From Candidatus Brocadiia bacterium (lineage in GTDB: Bacteria; Planctomycetota; Brocadiia; CAIUPP01), in assembly GCA_050015075.1 (NCBI GenBank), contig JBEKCB010000016.1:34939-98938 (forward strand): DNA of 64,000 nucleotides, written 5' to 3'. A model generated the notes under the pieces. It was not told the origin of the DNA. It saw nothing but the letters and a program-made list of their open reading frames with translations, and made no database searches. This document shows positions 43,366-54,078 of this stretch, one piece after another. The translations under genes and the position numbers were made by a program. Position 1 is the first letter of the stretch. Each line of letters opens with the position of its first letter.

Positions 43366-46178
43366 AAATAGCCCTCATCAACCCGATGGGCCCCAAGTTT
43401 CAGTTCGATGACGCGAACGACCATCTTCCGCCGCTGGGATTGCTCTATCTCGCGGCGGTCGTGCGACCCCGGCACGACGTGCGCGTCCTGGATGGCGAAC
43501 TGCTGAAGGAGACCGGTCCGGCGCTTCTCAAGCGGATCCCCTTCGATCCCGACCTGGTCGGCATCGGCGGCACCACCAGCCAGGCGGCTGAGGCGTGCAG
43601 CCTGGCGCGCCACGCGCGGCAGATGTTTCCGCGCGCGAGGATCGTGGCGGGCGGAACGCACGCAACCATCCTCGGCGAGGACTATCTGCGGCAGTGCGAC
43701 GCGCTCGACGCCGTGGTCCGCGGACCCGGCGAGGCGCCCTTCGCCATGCTCGCGGACGGCCGCGACCCTGCCACCGTCCCGCAGGTGATCAGCCGCCAGG
43801 GAGACGCTTTCCACGAGAACCCGGCGCAGGGAGAACTGGATTTGAGCGCCCTGCCGCTGCCGGCGCGCGACCTGGTGAACATCCATCACTATACGGGCAC
43901 CAGCAACAACCTCTTCCGGCAGACCGTCATCATGGCCACGCGCGGCTGCCCGTTCCGCTGCAGCTTCTGCAGCAACGCCGTCTGGGGCCGGCGCTGGCAG
44001 CCGAGGCCCATCGCCTCCGTGATCGAGGAACTGAAGGTCATTGCGGATCTGGGTTTCGCGGAGGCGTTCTTCCAGGACGATACGCTCAACGCGAAGCCGG
44101 CGTGGACGCTCGAACTGTTCGAGGCGCTCCGCAAGGCCGATCTCGGGATGGAGTACAAGGTGGATTTCCGCGCCAACGCCGCGTTGGTCACGGAGCCGCT
44201 CCTTGATGCGGCGGCGGCGTGCGGCGTCAGGGAGATTTTCTACGGCGTCGAGAGCGGCAACGACGCGGTGCGCGAGGCCGCCGGCAAGAACCTGCCGCGC
44301 CAGGACATCATCCGCGCCCTGCGCCTGACGAAGGAGCGCGGCATCGCCACGCTCTGTGCGTTCATCATCGGCCTGCCGGGCGAGACGGCCGAGACGGTCC
44401 AGGACACGATCTCGTTCGCCAGGGAACTCAGTCCCGATACGGCCGGCTTTTCCATTGCCACGCCCTTCCCGGGAACGGAACTCCGGAAACAGGCGGTCGA
44501 AGAGAAGCGGCTGATGTCGGACAAGTATGAAGCGCTGACGACGCGCGTTTCCGTCATGAGGACGGCGGCGTTGAGCTGCCAGGACATCACGCGGCTGCGC
44601 GACGAGGCGTCGCGCCAGTGGGAGGCGCATCTGCGGTCGCGTCCGGGCGAGGCGGCGAAGTCGCCCAGGGCGCTGCAGGAGAAGAGCTGCCGCGAAGCTC
44701 TCGCGCTGGCCGTGGCCCGCAACGACGTCCTCGGGCAGGCGATCATCAAGGCGCGGCTCGCGCGGATCCGCATGGACAGCGGCGACAACGCCGAGGCGAT
44801 GGAACTCTCCGTAGCGCCTCTCGGCGAACCGGCTTTGAGCGATTACGACCGCGCGAAAGCCGGCGTGGTTCTGGCCGTCGCCTGTGCAAGGGAGGGCTTG
44901 TTGAACGAGGCCGTCGCGGCGCTGTTCGGTATCCGGCGCATTCTGCATCCGGCTCAGCGCGCGTTCGCCGAGACGGTGCGGAAAGAACTGACCGAGAGGG
45001 TCCGGCAGCGGCAAAGGGCGAAGGAGGGCGACGAACTCGTCAGGCGGATCGAGGCGCTGGAGCAGCGGCTTTCTCTGGAAGGGATCAACGGGGCGCTGCA
45101 CGCGCTGGCCCACCGGGTGAACAACGGCAAACCCCAGGCGGGCTATATCAACCAGCGGTTCCGCGATTACGAGCTGGCCATTGTCTCCATCAAGCAGCTC
45201 GGCAACGAACTGGGGCAGCGGCTGGCGCGCGAGAGGCTCAGCAAACCGATCAGCCGGCCGGCGCCGGCCCATCTCAAATCAAAGCTTTGCACGCAGGCGG
45301 ACATCGAAAGCGACTGGTCCGCATTCTGGCGCCAGGAAATCAAATGGGCGCCGGTCTACCACAGGAAACTGTGGGAGCTGACCTATGTCCCCGAGGCGCT
45401 CTACGCGGCGGGCAAGCTTAAGCCCGGCCGCCAGGGCCTGGGGTTCGGCTGCGGGGAAGAGCCGCTTCCAAGCCTGTTCGTCAAGTACGGCGCAAGCATC
45501 ACGGCCACCGACCTGCCCCCGGATAATGTCAACGCGCGCAATTGGGCAAACTCGGCCCAGCACGCCGGCAGTCTCGAGAAAATCCGTCGGCTCGACATCT
45601 GCCCCGATCCATCGGCCCTCGCGCGAATCGCTCTCCGGTTCGTGGATATGAACGACATACCCAGGGACATGGACGGCAAGTACGATTTCTGCTGGAGCGT
45701 CTGCTCGCTCGAGCACGTCGGCAGCATCGCCAAGGGACTCGCTTTCATCGTTAACTCGCTGCGGACCCTGAAGCCCGGCGGCGTCGCCGTCCATACGACG
45801 GAGTTCAACCTGGAGAACGGCCCGACCGTTGACAATTGGGGGACCGTGCTCTTCCAGCGCGGACACATCGAGGGACTGGTCAACTTTCTCACCTCTCAGG
45901 GCCACAAAGTTGCGCCGCTGGACTTGAGCGCCGGCGACGACATCCTGGACGGCTTCGTTGACGTGCCGCCGTGGCCCTGGGACAACGCGGCGGTTCGCGC
46001 CAGGGCTCACTTGAAGCTGTGTCTCGATGGTTTCCCCTGCACGTCCGTGGGCATCATCATCCGCAAGGCCGATGCGGCGAGTCCCGGACCGTCGGAACGG
46101 CGGGAGAATCTTCACCGCGATGCGCAAGCGCGGCACAAGAGTTGCGTGACGTCCGGAGCGGAAGTGAAGGCGCAATAG
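43362..46178 (+). CDS. Fusion of a B12-binding radical SAM domain, a helical linker and a class I SAM methyltransferase (938 aa)
   Basis: MKIALINP, PPLGLLYLAA, GGTHAT, RGCPFRCSFC, GVESG, TPFPGT; C-terminal LGFGCGEE, FCWSVCSLEHVG, LKPGG. ATGA overlap with fliW. Confidence 0.88.
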   Translation: MKIALINPMGPKFQFDDANDHLPPLGLLYLAAVVRPRHDVRVLDGELLKETGPALLKRIPFDPDLVGIGGTTSQAAEACSLARHARQMFPRARIVAGGTHATILGEDYLRQCDALDAVVRGPGEAPFAMLADGRDPATVPQVISRQGDAFHENPAQGELDLSALPLPARDLVNIHHYTGTSNNLFRQTVIMATRGCPFRCSFCSNAVWGRRWQPRPIASVIEELKVIADLGFAEAFFQDDTLNAKPAWTLELFEALRKADLGMEYKVDFRANAALVTEPLLDAAAACGVREIFYGVESGNDAVREAAGKNLPRQDIIRALRLTKERGIATLCAFIIGLPGETAETVQDTISFARELSPDTAGFSIATPFPGTELRKQAVEEKRLMSDKYEALTTRVSVMRTAALSCQDITRLRDEASRQWEAHLRSRPGEAAKSPRALQEKSCREALALAVARNDVLGQAIIKARLARIRMDSGDNAEAMELSVAPLGEPALSDYDRAKAGVVLAVACAREGLLNEAVAALFGIRRILHPAQRAFAETVRKELTERVRQRQRAKEGDELVRRIEALEQRLSLEGINGALHALAHRVNNGKPQAGYINQRFRDYELAIVSIKQLGNELGQRLARERLSKPISRPAPAHLKSKLCTQADIESDWSAFWRQEIKWAPVYHRKLWELTYVPEALYAAGKLKPGRQGLGFGCGEEPLPSLFVKYGASITATDLPPDNVNARNWANSAQHAGSLEKIRRLDICPDPSALARIALRFVDMNDIPRDMDGKYDFCWSVCSLEHVGSIAKGLAFIVNSLRTLKPGGVAVHTTEFNLENGPTVDNWGTVLFQRGHIEGLVNFLTSQGHKVAPLDLSAGDDILDGFVDVPPWPWDNAAVRARAHLKLCLDGFPCTSVGIIIRKADAASPGPSERRENLHRDAQARHKSCVTSGAEVKAQ

Positions 46179-46198
46179 GCGTTGAAGAACTCATCGCA

Positions 46199-46225
46199 CC
46201 GTCCAAAATAACGTCTTTTGGACGG
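46199..46225. promoter_or_regulatory. 10-bp perfect inverted repeat upstream of csrA (hairpin or operator)
   Basis: CCGTCCAAAA-TAACGTC-TTTTGGACGG. Confidence 0.5.
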
Positions 46226-46275
46226 GCGTTCGACCCCAATGTGCAGGGAGGCTGAGCAAGCCAAGGAAGGCTACC

Positions 46276-46536
46276 ATGCTCGTGCTCACGCGAAAACCGC
46301 AGGAAACCATCCGCATCGGTGACGAAATCTGCATCACCGTCACCTCGATCGAAGGCGGCGTCGTCAAGCTCGGAATCCAGGCGCCGCCCCATGTCCCGGT
46401 TCATCGCGGCGAAGTCTACCAGCGCATTCTCGAAGAGAACCGGATTGCGGCGCGCAGCCTGCCGGGCAGTCTGCCCGCCGTCGCGCGCGACTGGAACAAT
46501 ATGAAAAAGCGAGAGAAACTTGGCCCCCGCGACTAA
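46276..46536 (+). CDS. csrA: Carbon storage regulator CsrA (FliW-binding long form)
   Basis: MLVLTRK...IRIGDEI...VKLGIQAP...VHRGEVY...EEN with a C-terminal extension. Confidence 0.97.
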   Translation: MLVLTRKPQETIRIGDEICITVTSIEGGVVKLGIQAPPHVPVHRGEVYQRILEENRIAARSLPGSLPAVARDWNNMKKREKLGPRD

Positions 46537-49500
46537 TGAGTCCGAAGTCGAAACGACGGATCGTGAAGCGCTCCATGATTCGCCGCCCGAACTTCCGTCG
46601 TCCGCCGGCTGGAATGATCGCGGCGCCCGGCTCTTCAAGGCCGGACAGATGGACGATGCCGCCGAGTGCTTCAAGAAGGCGTACCTGGCCGACAGGCGGA
46701 ACCTCGACGCATTGGAGAACCTTCTCGAGGTCTTCATCCGCTCGGGCAACCACGGGCCGGCCGCCGCGCTCGCGTTGCAGTGGACCAGCTCGCAGCCGCG
46801 CTGCGCCCGCGCCTGGATCGCCCGGGCGAAACTGAACCTGCTCGCCGGCGAGCTGGCTTCCGCAAGGACTGCCCTCGCCATGGCGCTGGAAATTGAGCCG
46901 GCCAATGCCGCCGTCCAAAGCGCGCTGGAATCCCTCGGACGCGCAACGCCCGGCGATTCCGCTCCGGGCTCCGAATCCCCGCTTCCGTTCCTGCGGCCGC
47001 TGAGCCCGGTCTCGAAGGCGCCCGTCAAGACCGATCCGCCCGTGCTCTGGCTCGGGCCGGCGCTGCATCCGGGCGGCTACAGCTATTGGACCAAGCAGAG
47101 CGTGCTCTGGCTGCGGCGCGCGGGAGTGCGCGTCGGGCTGCGCAAGATCACCGGCGAGACGGTGGACTCCTACCTGCGCTCGCTGGACGCCGCGGAACTC
47201 CGCGACCTGCAGGCAGCGCTCGCCGAGCAGATCCGTGACGGCGTGCTCATCGTGCACCATCAGCCGTCGTTCGCCGGCGGGCCGGACATTTACCGGCGCA
47301 TGCGCTGGTGCCACCCGCAGCAACTGGCGTACGTCGGCCTGACCACCTTCGAGACCGAGAGCCTTCCGAAGCACTGGCTCGAGCCCTGCCGCGGCATGGA
47401 CGAGATCTGGCTGTTCAGCACGTTCAACGTGGGCGAGTTCGCGCGGGGCGGCGTGGACGAGCGCAAGCTCTGGCCGGTGGGATTCGGCCTGGACCCGGCG
47501 CAGTACGAGCCGAGCCGCACGCAGCCGTTGCCCGTCCGCGGGCGCCGGGGATTCATGTTCCTGAGCGTGTTCCAGTGGCAGGCGCGCAAGGGCTGGCCGA
47601 TCCTGGTCGAGGCGTTCGCGCGGACGTTCAGCCGGCACGACGACGTCTGCCTGGTGATCAAGACGGGCCGCGCCGGCGCCGGCGAGATGAGCCCCGACGA
47701 CCAGATCACGCGCTGCCTCAGCGCAAGGAACATTTCGCGCGAACAGGCCGCGCCGATCCTCGTGATGACCGATCCGCTCGGCGACCGCGACATGACTTCG
47801 CTCTACCGCGCCGCCGACGCCTTCGTGCTGCCCACTCGCGGCGAAGGCTGGGGCATCCCGTTCATGGAGGCGATGGCCATGGGCCTGCCGACCATCGGCA
47901 CGCGCTGGAGCGGCCATCTCGATTTCATGAATGACGCCAACAGCTACCTGATTGATATCCGCGGCCTGGTCGCGGCGGACGAGGAAATGGTCAAGTGCAG
48001 CCCCGAGTTCCTGGGACTGCGCTACGCCGACCCGGACATGGAACACCTGATGGTCCTCCTCCGCCAGGTGCGCGACGAGCGCGATGCCGCCCGCGAGAAA
48101 GGGCAGCGCGCCCGGCAGGATATCCGCACGAAATGGACCCACACGCAATACGCGGAGCGCATCCGCGAGCGCTGCCGCACGCTGGTCGGCCGCGCGGAGG
48201 GACGGCGGATCAGCTCCGGCCGCGCCTGCAAGCCGCCGCGCGCGGACGTGCTCCCGGTCATCATCCGCGGCCCCGCGCTCGATCCATGCGGATACGCCCA
48301 CGATTTCCGCAGCATGGCGCTGGCGATGCGCGAACAGGGTGTGGACGTGCGCCTCGACCATCAGCGCTGGAACCACCGCGACAACCTGGTCAACGCCGGC
48401 GAGTGCGCCGACGTCGTTTCGATCATGAATCCCGCTCCGCCGAGCGGGCGGCACATTTCGATTGAGAACCCGCTGTCGCCGCCGCCTGGGCGGGACCACA
48501 ACGCCTTTCGCGTCGTCCGGGTGTTCTGGGAAACGGACCGAATTCCGCCGAAGATGGTGGCGCAGCTCGCCGGCGCCGATGAAATCTGGGTGGGCAGTTC
48601 GTTCAACGTCGAGGCGCTCGCGCGCTGGGGAATCTGCCGCGACAAGATCAAAGTGCTGCCCACGCCGGTGGCCGTGGAGCGCTACGGCGCGCACGTGCAG
48701 CCTTTGCCCTGGGCCGACGAGCGCCGGTTCACGTTCCTGGCCTGCTTCGATGTCTCCGTGCGCAAGGGCTGGGACCTGCTCTTCCGCGCGTTCTTCGCCG
48801 AGTTCAAGCCTTCGGAAAACGCGCGCATCGTGTTGAACGTTCATAGTTCGTTCGAGAACGGCCGCAAAGACCTGATCCGCCACCTCGAACGCTGGGCCAG
48901 GGCATTCGCGGGCCCCGCGTGGGTGAACGAAAGCAACGAATGGCGCTCGCCTGAGCCGCCGCTGCTCTGCATCGGCGAAGACCTGCACGCCGACGAGATG
49001 GCGCGGTTCTACCGCTCCGGCAATGCCTACGCGATGCCCAGCCGCGGAGAGGGCTGGGGAATTCCGGCGATGGAGGCGATGGCCTCCGGCCTGCCCGTCA
49101 TCGCCACCGCCTGGGGCGGACAGATGGATTACATGGACGACGAGACCGCGCTGCTGGTCCGCTGCAAGCCGGCGCCGGTGTCGGCGGACGCCTGCCGCGA
49201 GAACCCCGGTTTCGCCGGGCAGATGTGGGCCGAGCCGGACCTGGCCGACCTTCGGAAGCAGATGCGGCTGGCGAAGGACCAGCCGGCGCTCGCGCAGTCG
49301 AAAGCCGCCGCCGCGCTGCGCCGCGTCCGGGAAAAGTACAGCCGCGAGGCGGTCTCGGCGCTCGTCATCGAGCGGCTCAAGGACGCATCGCAACGCGCGA
49401 AAAGCGCGCCGCGCAATCCGGGCGCCGCATCGGTCGCGGCCGCGCGCTCGAAAAAAGTGATCGTCTGGGAAGGCTGCCAGCTCTATCGCAGCAGCCTGGC

Positions 49501-50557
49501 CCTGGTGAACCGCGAACTTTGCAGCCGCATCGCGGGCAGCCGGGACTTCCACCTGCGCTTGCTGCCGGTGGAGCCTGAGCAGCACGCCGGCGTCTGCGCG
49601 CCGCAGGTGGCGCGCCGGCTCCAGTCGCTGATGGGCGCGAAGAATTCCGATCCCTGCGATGTGTACATCCGGCACGGCTGGCCTCCGGACTTCACGCGGC
49701 CGCCGCGCGCGAAGAAGTTCGTGATCATCCAGCCCTGGGAGTACGGAAAGATTCCGCCGGCGTGGATCGAGCCGATCAATCGCCAGGTGGATGAGGTATG
49801 GGTGCCGTCGCGGCACGTCTTCGAGAGCTTCGTGGCCAGCGGCATCTCGCCGGAGAAGGTCTGGCTGGTGCCGAATGGCGTCACGACGACCGTGTTCAAG
49901 CCCGAAGGCCCGGCGATGAGCCTCAAGACCGATAAGAAGTTTCGCTTCCTCTTCGTCGGCGGGACGATCTGGCGCAAGGGCATTGACGTGCTGCTCAAGG
50001 GCTACTGCTCCGCCTTCGGCCGCACCGACGACGTGTGCCTGGTCATCAAGGAGATGGGCGCGAACTCGTTCTACAAGGGCCAGTGCGCCGCGGATGTCAT
50101 TACGCGGCTGCAACAGCAGCCGGCCGCACCCGAGGTGCTCTACCTGACCGACGACCTCAGCGAGCAGGAGATGGCGCAGTTGTACCGCTCGTGCCATTGC
50201 CTGGTCCATCCGTACCGCGGCGAAGGGTTCGGCCTGCCGGTCGCCGAGGCCGCCGCGTGCGGGCTGCCCGCGATCCTGAGCTTCGGCGGCGCGGCCGACG
50301 ACTTTGTGCCGCCGGAATCCGGCTATTTCGTGACGACCCGTCGTGCGGCGCTGCGGCTGAACGAATTTGACGTGGACGGATGGGTGCTCGAACCCGACGT
50401 GAAGTCCGTGGCCGAGCACATGAGATTGGCGTTCACGAAAGAGGACGAGCGCCGGTCCAGAGCCGCGCGGCTGAGCGCCCACGTCCGCGGGAATTTCACC
50501 TGGGAGCGCGCCGCCGAGATCGCGGAGATGCGGCTCAAGCGCCTCTGCGCAACGTAG
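46520..50557 (+). CDS. TPR plus three GT4 glycosyltransferase modules (1345 aa; TTG start uncertain)
   Basis: N-terminal TPRs; three EGxGxPxxEA motifs ([42 protein letters not shown]), each preceded by RKG. Confidence 0.92.
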   Translation: MAPATNESEVETTDREALHDSPPELPSSAGWNDRGARLFKAGQMDDAAECFKKAYLADRRNLDALENLLEVFIRSGNHGPAAALALQWTSSQPRCARAWIARAKLNLLAGELASARTALAMALEIEPANAAVQSALESLGRATPGDSAPGSESPLPFLRPLSPVSKAPVKTDPPVLWLGPALHPGGYSYWTKQSVLWLRRAGVRVGLRKITGETVDSYLRSLDAAELRDLQAALAEQIRDGVLIVHHQPSFAGGPDIYRRMRWCHPQQLAYVGLTTFETESLPKHWLEPCRGMDEIWLFSTFNVGEFARGGVDERKLWPVGFGLDPAQYEPSRTQPLPVRGRRGFMFLSVFQWQARKGWPILVEAFARTFSRHDDVCLVIKTGRAGAGEMSPDDQITRCLSARNISREQAAPILVMTDPLGDRDMTSLYRAADAFVLPTRGEGWGIPFMEAMAMGLPTIGTRWSGHLDFMNDANSYLIDIRGLVAADEEMVKCSPEFLGLRYADPDMEHLMVLLRQVRDERDAAREKGQRARQDIRTKWTHTQYAERIRERCRTLVGRAEGRRISSGRACKPPRADVLPVIIRGPALDPCGYAHDFRSMALAMREQGVDVRLDHQRWNHRDNLVNAGECADVVSIMNPAPPSGRHISIENPLSPPPGRDHNAFRVVRVFWETDRIPPKMVAQLAGADEIWVGSSFNVEALARWGICRDKIKVLPTPVAVERYGAHVQPLPWADERRFTFLACFDVSVRKGWDLLFRAFFAEFKPSENARIVLNVHSSFENGRKDLIRHLERWARAFAGPAWVNESNEWRSPEPPLLCIGEDLHADEMARFYRSGNAYAMPSRGEGWGIPAMEAMASGLPVIATAWGGQMDYMDDETALLVRCKPAPVSADACRENPGFAGQMWAEPDLADLRKQMRLAKDQPALAQSKAAAALRRVREKYSREAVSALVIERLKDASQRAKSAPRNPGAASVAAARSKKVIVWEGCQLYRSSLALVNRELCSRIAGSRDFHLRLLPVEPEQHAGVCAPQVARRLQSLMGAKNSDPCDVYIRHGWPPDFTRPPRAKKFVIIQPWEYGKIPPAWIEPINRQVDEVWVPSRHVFESFVASGISPEKVWLVPNGVTTTVFKPEGPAMSLKTDKKFRFLFVGGTIWRKGIDVLLKGYCSAFGRTDDVCLVIKEMGANSFYKGQCAADVITRLQQQPAAPEVLYLTDDLSEQEMAQLYRSCHCLVHPYRGEGFGLPVAEAAACGLPAILSFGGAADDFVPPESGYFVTTRRAALRLNEFDVDGWVLEPDVKSVAEHMRLAFTKEDERRSRAARLSAHVRGNFTWERAAEIAEMRLKRLCAT

Positions 50558-50589
50558 CCGGCATCCGGTAACTATTGGAGGGAGGAAAC

Positions 50590-50808
50590 ATGGTCAGACA
50601 GGGAGTCCGATTGCCTGAAGCCGAGGAGGCGCGCATCGCCTCGAACCAGGAGGAAATCCTGGCGGCGCTGATGGACGCGGCCGATCCGAACACGCCGCCG
50701 ACGGAGGACGAGATTCTCGGCTTGATCCTCGGCGAGGTGGCGTTCATGCACAAGGCCGGAATGTTTGCGCGTCCGAGCCGCCTGGGCTATCCCGGGACCA
50801 GTCTGTAA
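50590..50808 (+). CDS. Small acidic hypothetical protein (72 aa)
   Basis: Strong GGAGG RBS; TAATG coupling to the next gene. Confidence 0.7.
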   Translation: MVRQGVRLPEAEEARIASNQEEILAALMDAADPNTPPTEDEILGLILGEVAFMHKAGMFARPSRLGYPGTSL

Positions 50809-52553
50809 TGCAGAACATCCTGGTGATGCAGTTGTTCCGGCACGGCGCCGTGCTGCAGAGCACGCCGGCGCTCTCCGCCCTGCGGAAGAGCTTCCCGGGC
50901 GCGCGCATCCACGCGCTCGTCTGCAAGCCGTTCGGCGACAGCCTCCGCGGGAACCCGGACGTTGACGAGGTCATCGAGTGGGATGTCGCGGGCGCGCTGG
51001 CGCCCCTGGACTCGCTCGACATGGAATCGGCGGACGCCCAGGCGACCGTCGAGCGGCTTTGCGACTTGAAAGATTCCCTGCGGCCCTTTCAGGAGCGGCG
51101 CTTCGACGCGGTCTACAATCTGTCGAACAACGCGTTGAGCGCGCTGGTCGCCTACCTGCTCAGGCCGCGCCATGCCGCGGGGATGGTCTTCTGCCGCGAC
51201 CGCAGCTACCGCGTGCGAAACGACTGGCTGCGTCATCTCTTCGCCGGCAGCAACGTGCGGTCGCTCAACGTCTTCAACCGCGTGGACGTTTTCGTCCATG
51301 CCTGCGGAGGAGATTCGTCCGCCCGGCACCCGCTTGTTGTGGCGGCGACGGCGGCGGATGAGCGGTACGCCGAAGAGGCGCTCGCCGGCCGCCTGGCCCG
51401 CGCGCCGATCGGCATCCAGTCCGGCGCGCACAAGGATGGCCGGCGCTGGCCGGCGGCCCATTTCGCGCGACTCGCCGGCGGCCTTCTCAGGGGCGCAAGC
51501 GCTCCGGGGCGAGCCGGCCATGATTTGCTCTTCTTCGGCAGCGCCGACGAACGCGCGGAGATCGAGCGCATCGCGCGCGATGCCTCGCCCGACGGAAAAG
51601 GCTGGCTCAACATGGCCGGGCGGACCTCGTTCGGCCAACTCGCCGCCCTGCTCAAGCGCTGCCGGCTGCTGGTGTCGAACGACACGGCGACCGCGCACGT
51701 CGCCGCCGCGGTGGGCACGCCGTGCCTGGTCCTGGCTTTCGGCGCGTCGAACGGAACGGAGACCGGCCCGTACGGCGAAGGCCATTTCGTCCTCGAGCCG
51801 AGGATGCCCTGCTTCCCCTGCCAGTGCGGACAACTGTGTTCGAGCCTCGCGTGCAGGGAAACGCTGACGCCCGGCGTTGTCCTGGCGGCCGTGGAGTGCG
51901 CGCTCTCCGACGGCCGCGACGTCCCCGGCCCGCTGCGCGAAGCGGAGGTCGTCCTATCCCGTTCGTGCTGGATGCCGGATGGGCTGTGGGGCCTGTATCC
52001 TCTTACCGGGCCGGCGGTTACGCTCAAGGATCTGCTCCGCTTCATGATGAGAAGTTGTTTTCGCCATCAGCGGCTGGCGGGTCAGGAAACGCGCGGCGCC
52101 CGCCGCGAGTGGCAACCGTGGGGCGATGAAATCTTCACCTGGTATTCGATCGGCGACCGCGAAGCGCTGCTCAGCGAGTGCGCGGACGCCGCGGAAGAGT
52201 TCGCGGGGCTGCAACAGTTCGCCCGGCTGGGCGTCGAGACCGCCAGCGCGGCGGTGATGCAGGCCCCGGCGCAGAACGACGAGATGGCTCGTCGAACCAC
52301 CCGCTCGGCGCCCAGGCTCGAACAGCGGATTCTCGCGCTGGAGGAGAACGAGACGCTGCGTCCGCTGGTCGCCGCCTTCCGGCAGTCGCTGCCGGACATC
52401 GAATCTCTGCCGCCTCGGCAGAGGGCCGTGGCGCGCCGCTGGAACTGCCACACGCTGGCGGAGGAAAGCGCGTTCATGGCGCAGGCGCTGCGCGATTTCG
52501 CGCGCAGTTGCCCGGCGCATTGCCGACAGCCCTCCGCCGCTGCGGGAGCGTAG
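50808..52553 (+). CDS. GT9 (heptosyltransferase-like) protein with a helical C-terminal extension
   Basis: STPALSALRKSFPGARI, RRWP, SNDTATAHVAAAVGTP...LAFG...TGPYG, PCFPC. Confidence 0.87.
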   Translation: MQNILVMQLFRHGAVLQSTPALSALRKSFPGARIHALVCKPFGDSLRGNPDVDEVIEWDVAGALAPLDSLDMESADAQATVERLCDLKDSLRPFQERRFDAVYNLSNNALSALVAYLLRPRHAAGMVFCRDRSYRVRNDWLRHLFAGSNVRSLNVFNRVDVFVHACGGDSSARHPLVVAATAADERYAEEALAGRLARAPIGIQSGAHKDGRRWPAAHFARLAGGLLRGASAPGRAGHDLLFFGSADERAEIERIARDASPDGKGWLNMAGRTSFGQLAALLKRCRLLVSNDTATAHVAAAVGTPCLVLAFGASNGTETGPYGEGHFVLEPRMPCFPCQCGQLCSSLACRETLTPGVVLAAVECALSDGRDVPGPLREAEVVLSRSCWMPDGLWGLYPLTGPAVTLKDLLRFMMRSCFRHQRLAGQETRGARREWQPWGDEIFTWYSIGDREALLSECADAAEEFAGLQQFARLGVETASAAVMQAPAQNDEMARRTTRSAPRLEQRILALEENETLRPLVAAFRQSLPDIESLPPRQRAVARRWNCHTLAEESAFMAQALRDFARSCPAHCRQPSAAAGA

Positions 52554-52597
52554 GCGCTCTCGCGTTGAGCGACGAACATTCAGGACGGGGAACTCTT

Positions 52598-54010
52598 ATG
52601 ACCGAATCCGCATGCAAGAGACTCTCGTTGTGCATGATCGTCCGCGACGAGGAGCGGTTGCTCCCCGGTTGCCTGGAGAGCGTCCGCGGCGTCGTGGACG
52701 AGATCGTCGCGGTGGACACGGGCTCGTCGGACGCGACACCGGAGATCGTGCGGGCGCATGGCGGCCTGCTGCTGCGGCACGAGTGGCGGGAGGATTTCTC
52801 CGCCGCGCGCAACGTGTCGCTCGACGCGGCGACGGGCGACTGGATTCTCTGGATGGATGCCGATGAGCGCCTGCGGCCCGAAGAGCACGGGCGGCTCCGG
52901 CGGCTGATCGGGCGGAACGCCTCCGAGGACGCGTTCCTTGTCCCCATCCGAAGCGAGATACCCACCGGCGCGCAAGTGACGCGCGCGCACCGGCTGTTCC
53001 GCAATCGCAAGGGAATCAGCTTCTCCGGGCGGATCCACGAGCAGATTTCGCCCTCGTTCGCGCGAGTCCGCGCCCGCGAGGGGCCCTGCGCCGATTTTAC
53101 CATTGACCATCTCGGATACAACTTCAGCGCGGATCAACTCCGGCGCAAGTACGAGCGCAACCTGAGATTGCTCGAGGCCGCGAAGCGGCAGGATCCGCGC
53201 GACGCCTACGTGCGGTTCTGCCTGGCCCAGGCGCTGATGCTGCTGGGCGATGCGGCGGGCGCGGAAAAAGAAGTCCATGCGGCGCTGGGCCAGGCGCCTT
53301 CCGAGCCGATCTCGAAGCGGCTGCCCGACGATATCCGCGCGGCGGCGTTCAACAACCTGGCGCAGTGCGCGCTGGGCCGTGGCGCGCCCCAGGAAGCACT
53401 GCGGCGGTGCGCCGAGTCCCTGGGCATCTGCCCGAAACAGGTTACCGCTCAACTGATGGCCTACCGCGCGCACGAGCGACTCGGACATGCGGAGCAGGCC
53501 CTGCAGGCGCTGATCGCGGCCGACCGGCTGCTCGATCAACCCGCGGCCGGGCGGCCGGCGATTGAAGTGACGGTGGATCGCGCAGAAGTGTGGGGCGCAA
53601 TGGGCGTGAGGCAGTTGCAGCTCGGCCGGCCGGCGCAGGCGCGGCAGAGCTTCCAGCGCGTCCTGGCCGCCCGCAAGGGCAGGTGCCCAAAAACTCTGGC
53701 CGCGCTCGCGCAATGCGCCGTCGCCGAGAACGCGCTGGACGAGGCTCTTCGCCTGGCGAATGAAGCTTCCGCCCTTGCGCCCGAAGATGACGGCCTGGCG
53801 GACCTCGCCTGCTTTATTCTCCTGAAGCTGGGCCGGTTCGACGACGCGGCGGAGCGGCTGCGCGGCCTGCTGGAGCGGCGTCCGGCCGACCGGATTCTCC
53901 GGCGCCGTCTCGTCGGCGTCCTGGCCAAGGCGGGCCGCCCTGAAGAGGCGCTGGCCGCAGCCAAAGCCGCCGGCGGGTTATCCGGCGATCCCCGAACTCC
54001 CTCGGTGTGA
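52598..54010 (+). CDS. GT2 plus TPR glycosyltransferase (flagellin glycosyltransferase type)
   Basis: LSLCMIVRDEE, VDTGSSD, DFSAARN, WMDADE, IHEQ, HLGY, then TPRs; directly upstream of fliC. Confidence 0.92.
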   Translation: MTESACKRLSLCMIVRDEERLLPGCLESVRGVVDEIVAVDTGSSDATPEIVRAHGGLLLRHEWREDFSAARNVSLDAATGDWILWMDADERLRPEEHGRLRRLIGRNASEDAFLVPIRSEIPTGAQVTRAHRLFRNRKGISFSGRIHEQISPSFARVRAREGPCADFTIDHLGYNFSADQLRRKYERNLRLLEAAKRQDPRDAYVRFCLAQALMLLGDAAGAEKEVHAALGQAPSEPISKRLPDDIRAAAFNNLAQCALGRGAPQEALRRCAESLGICPKQVTAQLMAYRAHERLGHAEQALQALIAADRLLDQPAAGRPAIEVTVDRAEVWGAMGVRQLQLGRPAQARQSFQRVLAARKGRCPKTLAALAQCAVAENALDEALRLANEASALAPEDDGLADLACFILLKLGRFDDAAERLRGLLERRPADRILRRRLVGVLAKAGRPEEALAAAKAAGGLSGDPRTPSV

Positions 54011-54050
54011 AAGGGCGCCATGAGCGGCCAGAAAGAAAAATCGGAATTGC

Positions 54051-54078
54051 CTAAAGTTGAGCAGGGCGGCTTCGATAA
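54051..54078 (+). promoter_or_regulatory. Sigma28 promoter of fliC
   Basis: CTAAAGTT...TTCGATAA, i.e. TAAA-N15-xxCGATAA. Confidence 0.8.

Noticed and set aside
46500-46835. Programmed frameshift or TAATG-coupled ORF at the csrA/GT4 junction
   Set aside because: The ATG at 46536 opens only a 99-aa motif-less frame, and G-AAA-AAG is not a canonical slippery heptamer. The TTG start at 46520 is the simpler reading.
46364-50482. 1372-aa minus-strand ORF
   Set aside because: Antisense shadow of the triple-GT4 gene; no recognisable motifs.
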